DNA of 64,000 bases from an archaeon (GTDB taxonomy: Archaea > Micrarchaeota > Micrarchaeia > Anstonellales > Anstonellaceae). Below, piece by piece: positions 62,624 to 64,000 of the stretch. A program made the position numbers and the translations under genes. Numbering within the stretch: the stretch's first letter is position 1; every line of letters begins with the position of its first letter. Under the pieces are notes generated by a model, which did not search any database, was not told the origin of the DNA, and saw only the letters and a list, made by a program, of their open reading frames with translations. The stretch is taken from positions 2,317-66,316 of the forward strand of contig JAGVHI010000024.1 in NCBI GenBank assembly GCA_020056635.1. The letters run 5' to 3'.

Positions 62624-64000
62624 GCGAAGCGTATGAGTTGGTGAATAAAGCCTGGAAAAACACTTGCAGGGTTCTTCTGGGAGAGGAAGTTGGCGAGCTT
62701 AAAGATTACGAGAGTTACCTGAAGGAAAATGTCGACCAGATGCTGGTCGGGAAATCTGCGGTTTCAGGCAAGCCACTTTTTCTTTCGAGCACAGAATATG
62801 CAAAGGGATGCAAGTTCGTCTCAATGGAGGAGGTCGGGCAAGGCCAGAAGGCCGCTGCCATTGACATCAATTCAATTAAGGACATTGACAGCATCGTTTC
62901 CGCGCTCAGGGAGCAGTTCTACTACTGCGGGAACGGCATACTCGGCAATTCGAATTTTGTGGAAAACTCGGACAGCTGCGTGAATGTGCAGTATATTTAT
63001 GCCAGCCGCGACCTGCATGACATGAAATATGCGGCTTATTGCTCTGACACGAGCCTGAGCGAGCATATTTTCGGCTCGCAGGTGATACAGGGAAGCTTCC
63101 TGATAAAATGCCTGCGCGCGCTAAAAACAACAAGATGCTTTGAGGTATTCAGGACGCATTATAGCTCCGGGTGCTACTTCACCGGAAATTTGGAGGGCTG
63201 CACTGACTGCATGTTCTCCTTCAACCTTAGGAACAAGGTAAATGTGATTGGGAACCTGCAGCTGACAAAGGAGGAATACCAGAAAAGAAAGAGCGAACTG
63301 ATTTCGCAAATGAAGGAGGAGCTTAGGGAGAAAAGAAGGCTGGCTGGCATAATTGACATCATTGTAGATGTTCCGAAAGGCGCGGTAAAGGGTGCAGTGA
63401 AGAAAAAGCACGTATTTTCTTCGCAGGAGAAAAATGCATTAGATAAGCTTGAGACTGGATTTGGACGAACTTCGCAAGTGCTGTTTGAAAAAGAACTTTC
63501 AGGAATGCAAGAATATGGAGCATGGCTTGAGAGGCATGTGAGCAGCATACCTGTTGCATTTTCAACAATAAGCGGTGAAGAAGTGTTTGTCGGGGGGTGG
63601 GGGTTTCTCAAGAGGATAAAGGATAATACCTGCACGCTTGAGGAATCGCTTGCGCTTGGGAAGAAATCCCTTTCAGAGAAGGAGGCTGCTTCGTTATCGC
63701 TAAAGAATGCTTCAAGAACGCTGGATTCGATAAAATGCGTGAGCGGGGAGGCTGCGATTGGCAATAACATAGGGATAGTGATGTGCAATTCCTCAACAGA
63801 TGCAGAATACTGCTTTCGGGGAACAAATTGCACATACAGCCGGTACTGTGCTTATTGCCTATGGCCCAAGCAATCGCAGCACCTGTATGGGTGCTCACGG
63901 GCATTCGATTGCAGCTTCTGCATCCATTGCTACGATTCGGAAAAGCTCACGCGGTGCTTTGAGGTGAGCAACTCGAACTCATGTGCCGACTGCTACTTCT
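62620..64000 (+). CDS. CxxC-rich protein of unknown function (paralog 3, 3'-truncated by window end)
   Basis: My own translation from ATG 62620 (ATGA overlap with the paralog 2 stop) stays open to base 64000. MSEAYELVNKAWKNTCRVLLGEEVGELKDYESYL..., CTDCMFSFNLRNKVNVIGNLQL. Not in the supplied ORF track because no stop is reached. Confidence 0.6.
   Translation, partial: MSEAYELVNKAWKNTCRVLLGEEVGELKDYESYLKENVDQMLVGKSAVSGKPLFLSSTEYAKGCKFVSMEEVGQGQKAAAIDINSIKDIDSIVSALREQFYYCGNGILGNSNFVENSDSCVNVQYIYASRDLHDMKYAAYCSDTSLSEHIFGSQVIQGSFLIKCLRALKTTRCFEVFRTHYSSGCYFTGNLEGCTDCMFSFNLRNKVNVIGNLQLTKEEYQKRKSELISQMKEELREKRRLAGIIDIIVDVPKGAVKGAVKKKHVFSSQEKNALDKLETGFGRTSQVLFEKELSGMQEYGAWLERHVSSIPVAFSTISGEEVFVGGWGFLKRIKDNTCTLEESLALGKKSLSEKEAASLSLKNASRTLDSIKCVSGEAAIGNNIGIVMCNSSTDAEYCFRGTNCTYSRYCAYCLWPKQSQHLYGCSRAFDCSFCIHCYDSEKLTRCFEVSNSNSCADCYF

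Overview
The window reads as a compact, gene-dense archaeal chromosome segment at roughly 50% GC. Archaeal information-processing markers are present: Csl4, RpoL, PCNA, aEF-1alpha, uS10, L40e, diphthine-ammonia ligase, and a tRNA-Tyr with a C1:G72 pair. These are mixed with many bacterial-type metabolic genes, including ribA, fused ribD, ribB, type I GAPDH, class II HMG-CoA reductase and class II RNR. That mosaic, the short or absent leaders and the heavily interrupted tRNAs suggest a small-genome DPANN/Micrarchaeota-like lineage, but this is inference and cannot be proven from sequence alone. I support about 75 CDS, six tRNA genes (four interrupted), no rRNA and no CRISPR array. The most unusual signal is non-coding. 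A modular structured element of 80-150 nt sits inside or directly against five of the six tRNA genes, always in the tRNA's orientation. Two copies are 117 nt and 135 nt T-loop introns. One copy is flanked by a 12-bp duplication of the tRNA-Thr 5' end. Other candidates are a family of three ~530-aa, internally duplicated, CxxC-rich proteins, with the third copy open at the window end and absent from the ORF track. There is also a tightly packed radical-SAM / unknown / bacterial RNAP alpha-CTD-like operon divergent from an Lrp regulator. Further items are an NrdR-box-like perfect palindrome upstream of nrdJ, a TATA-flanking palindrome between zupT and nikR, a minimal two-subunit [NiFe]-hydrogenase with its protease, and a small protein carrying a ribosomal-stalk-like C-terminal tail. 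All functional calls rest on motifs I recognised by eye. No database search was run.
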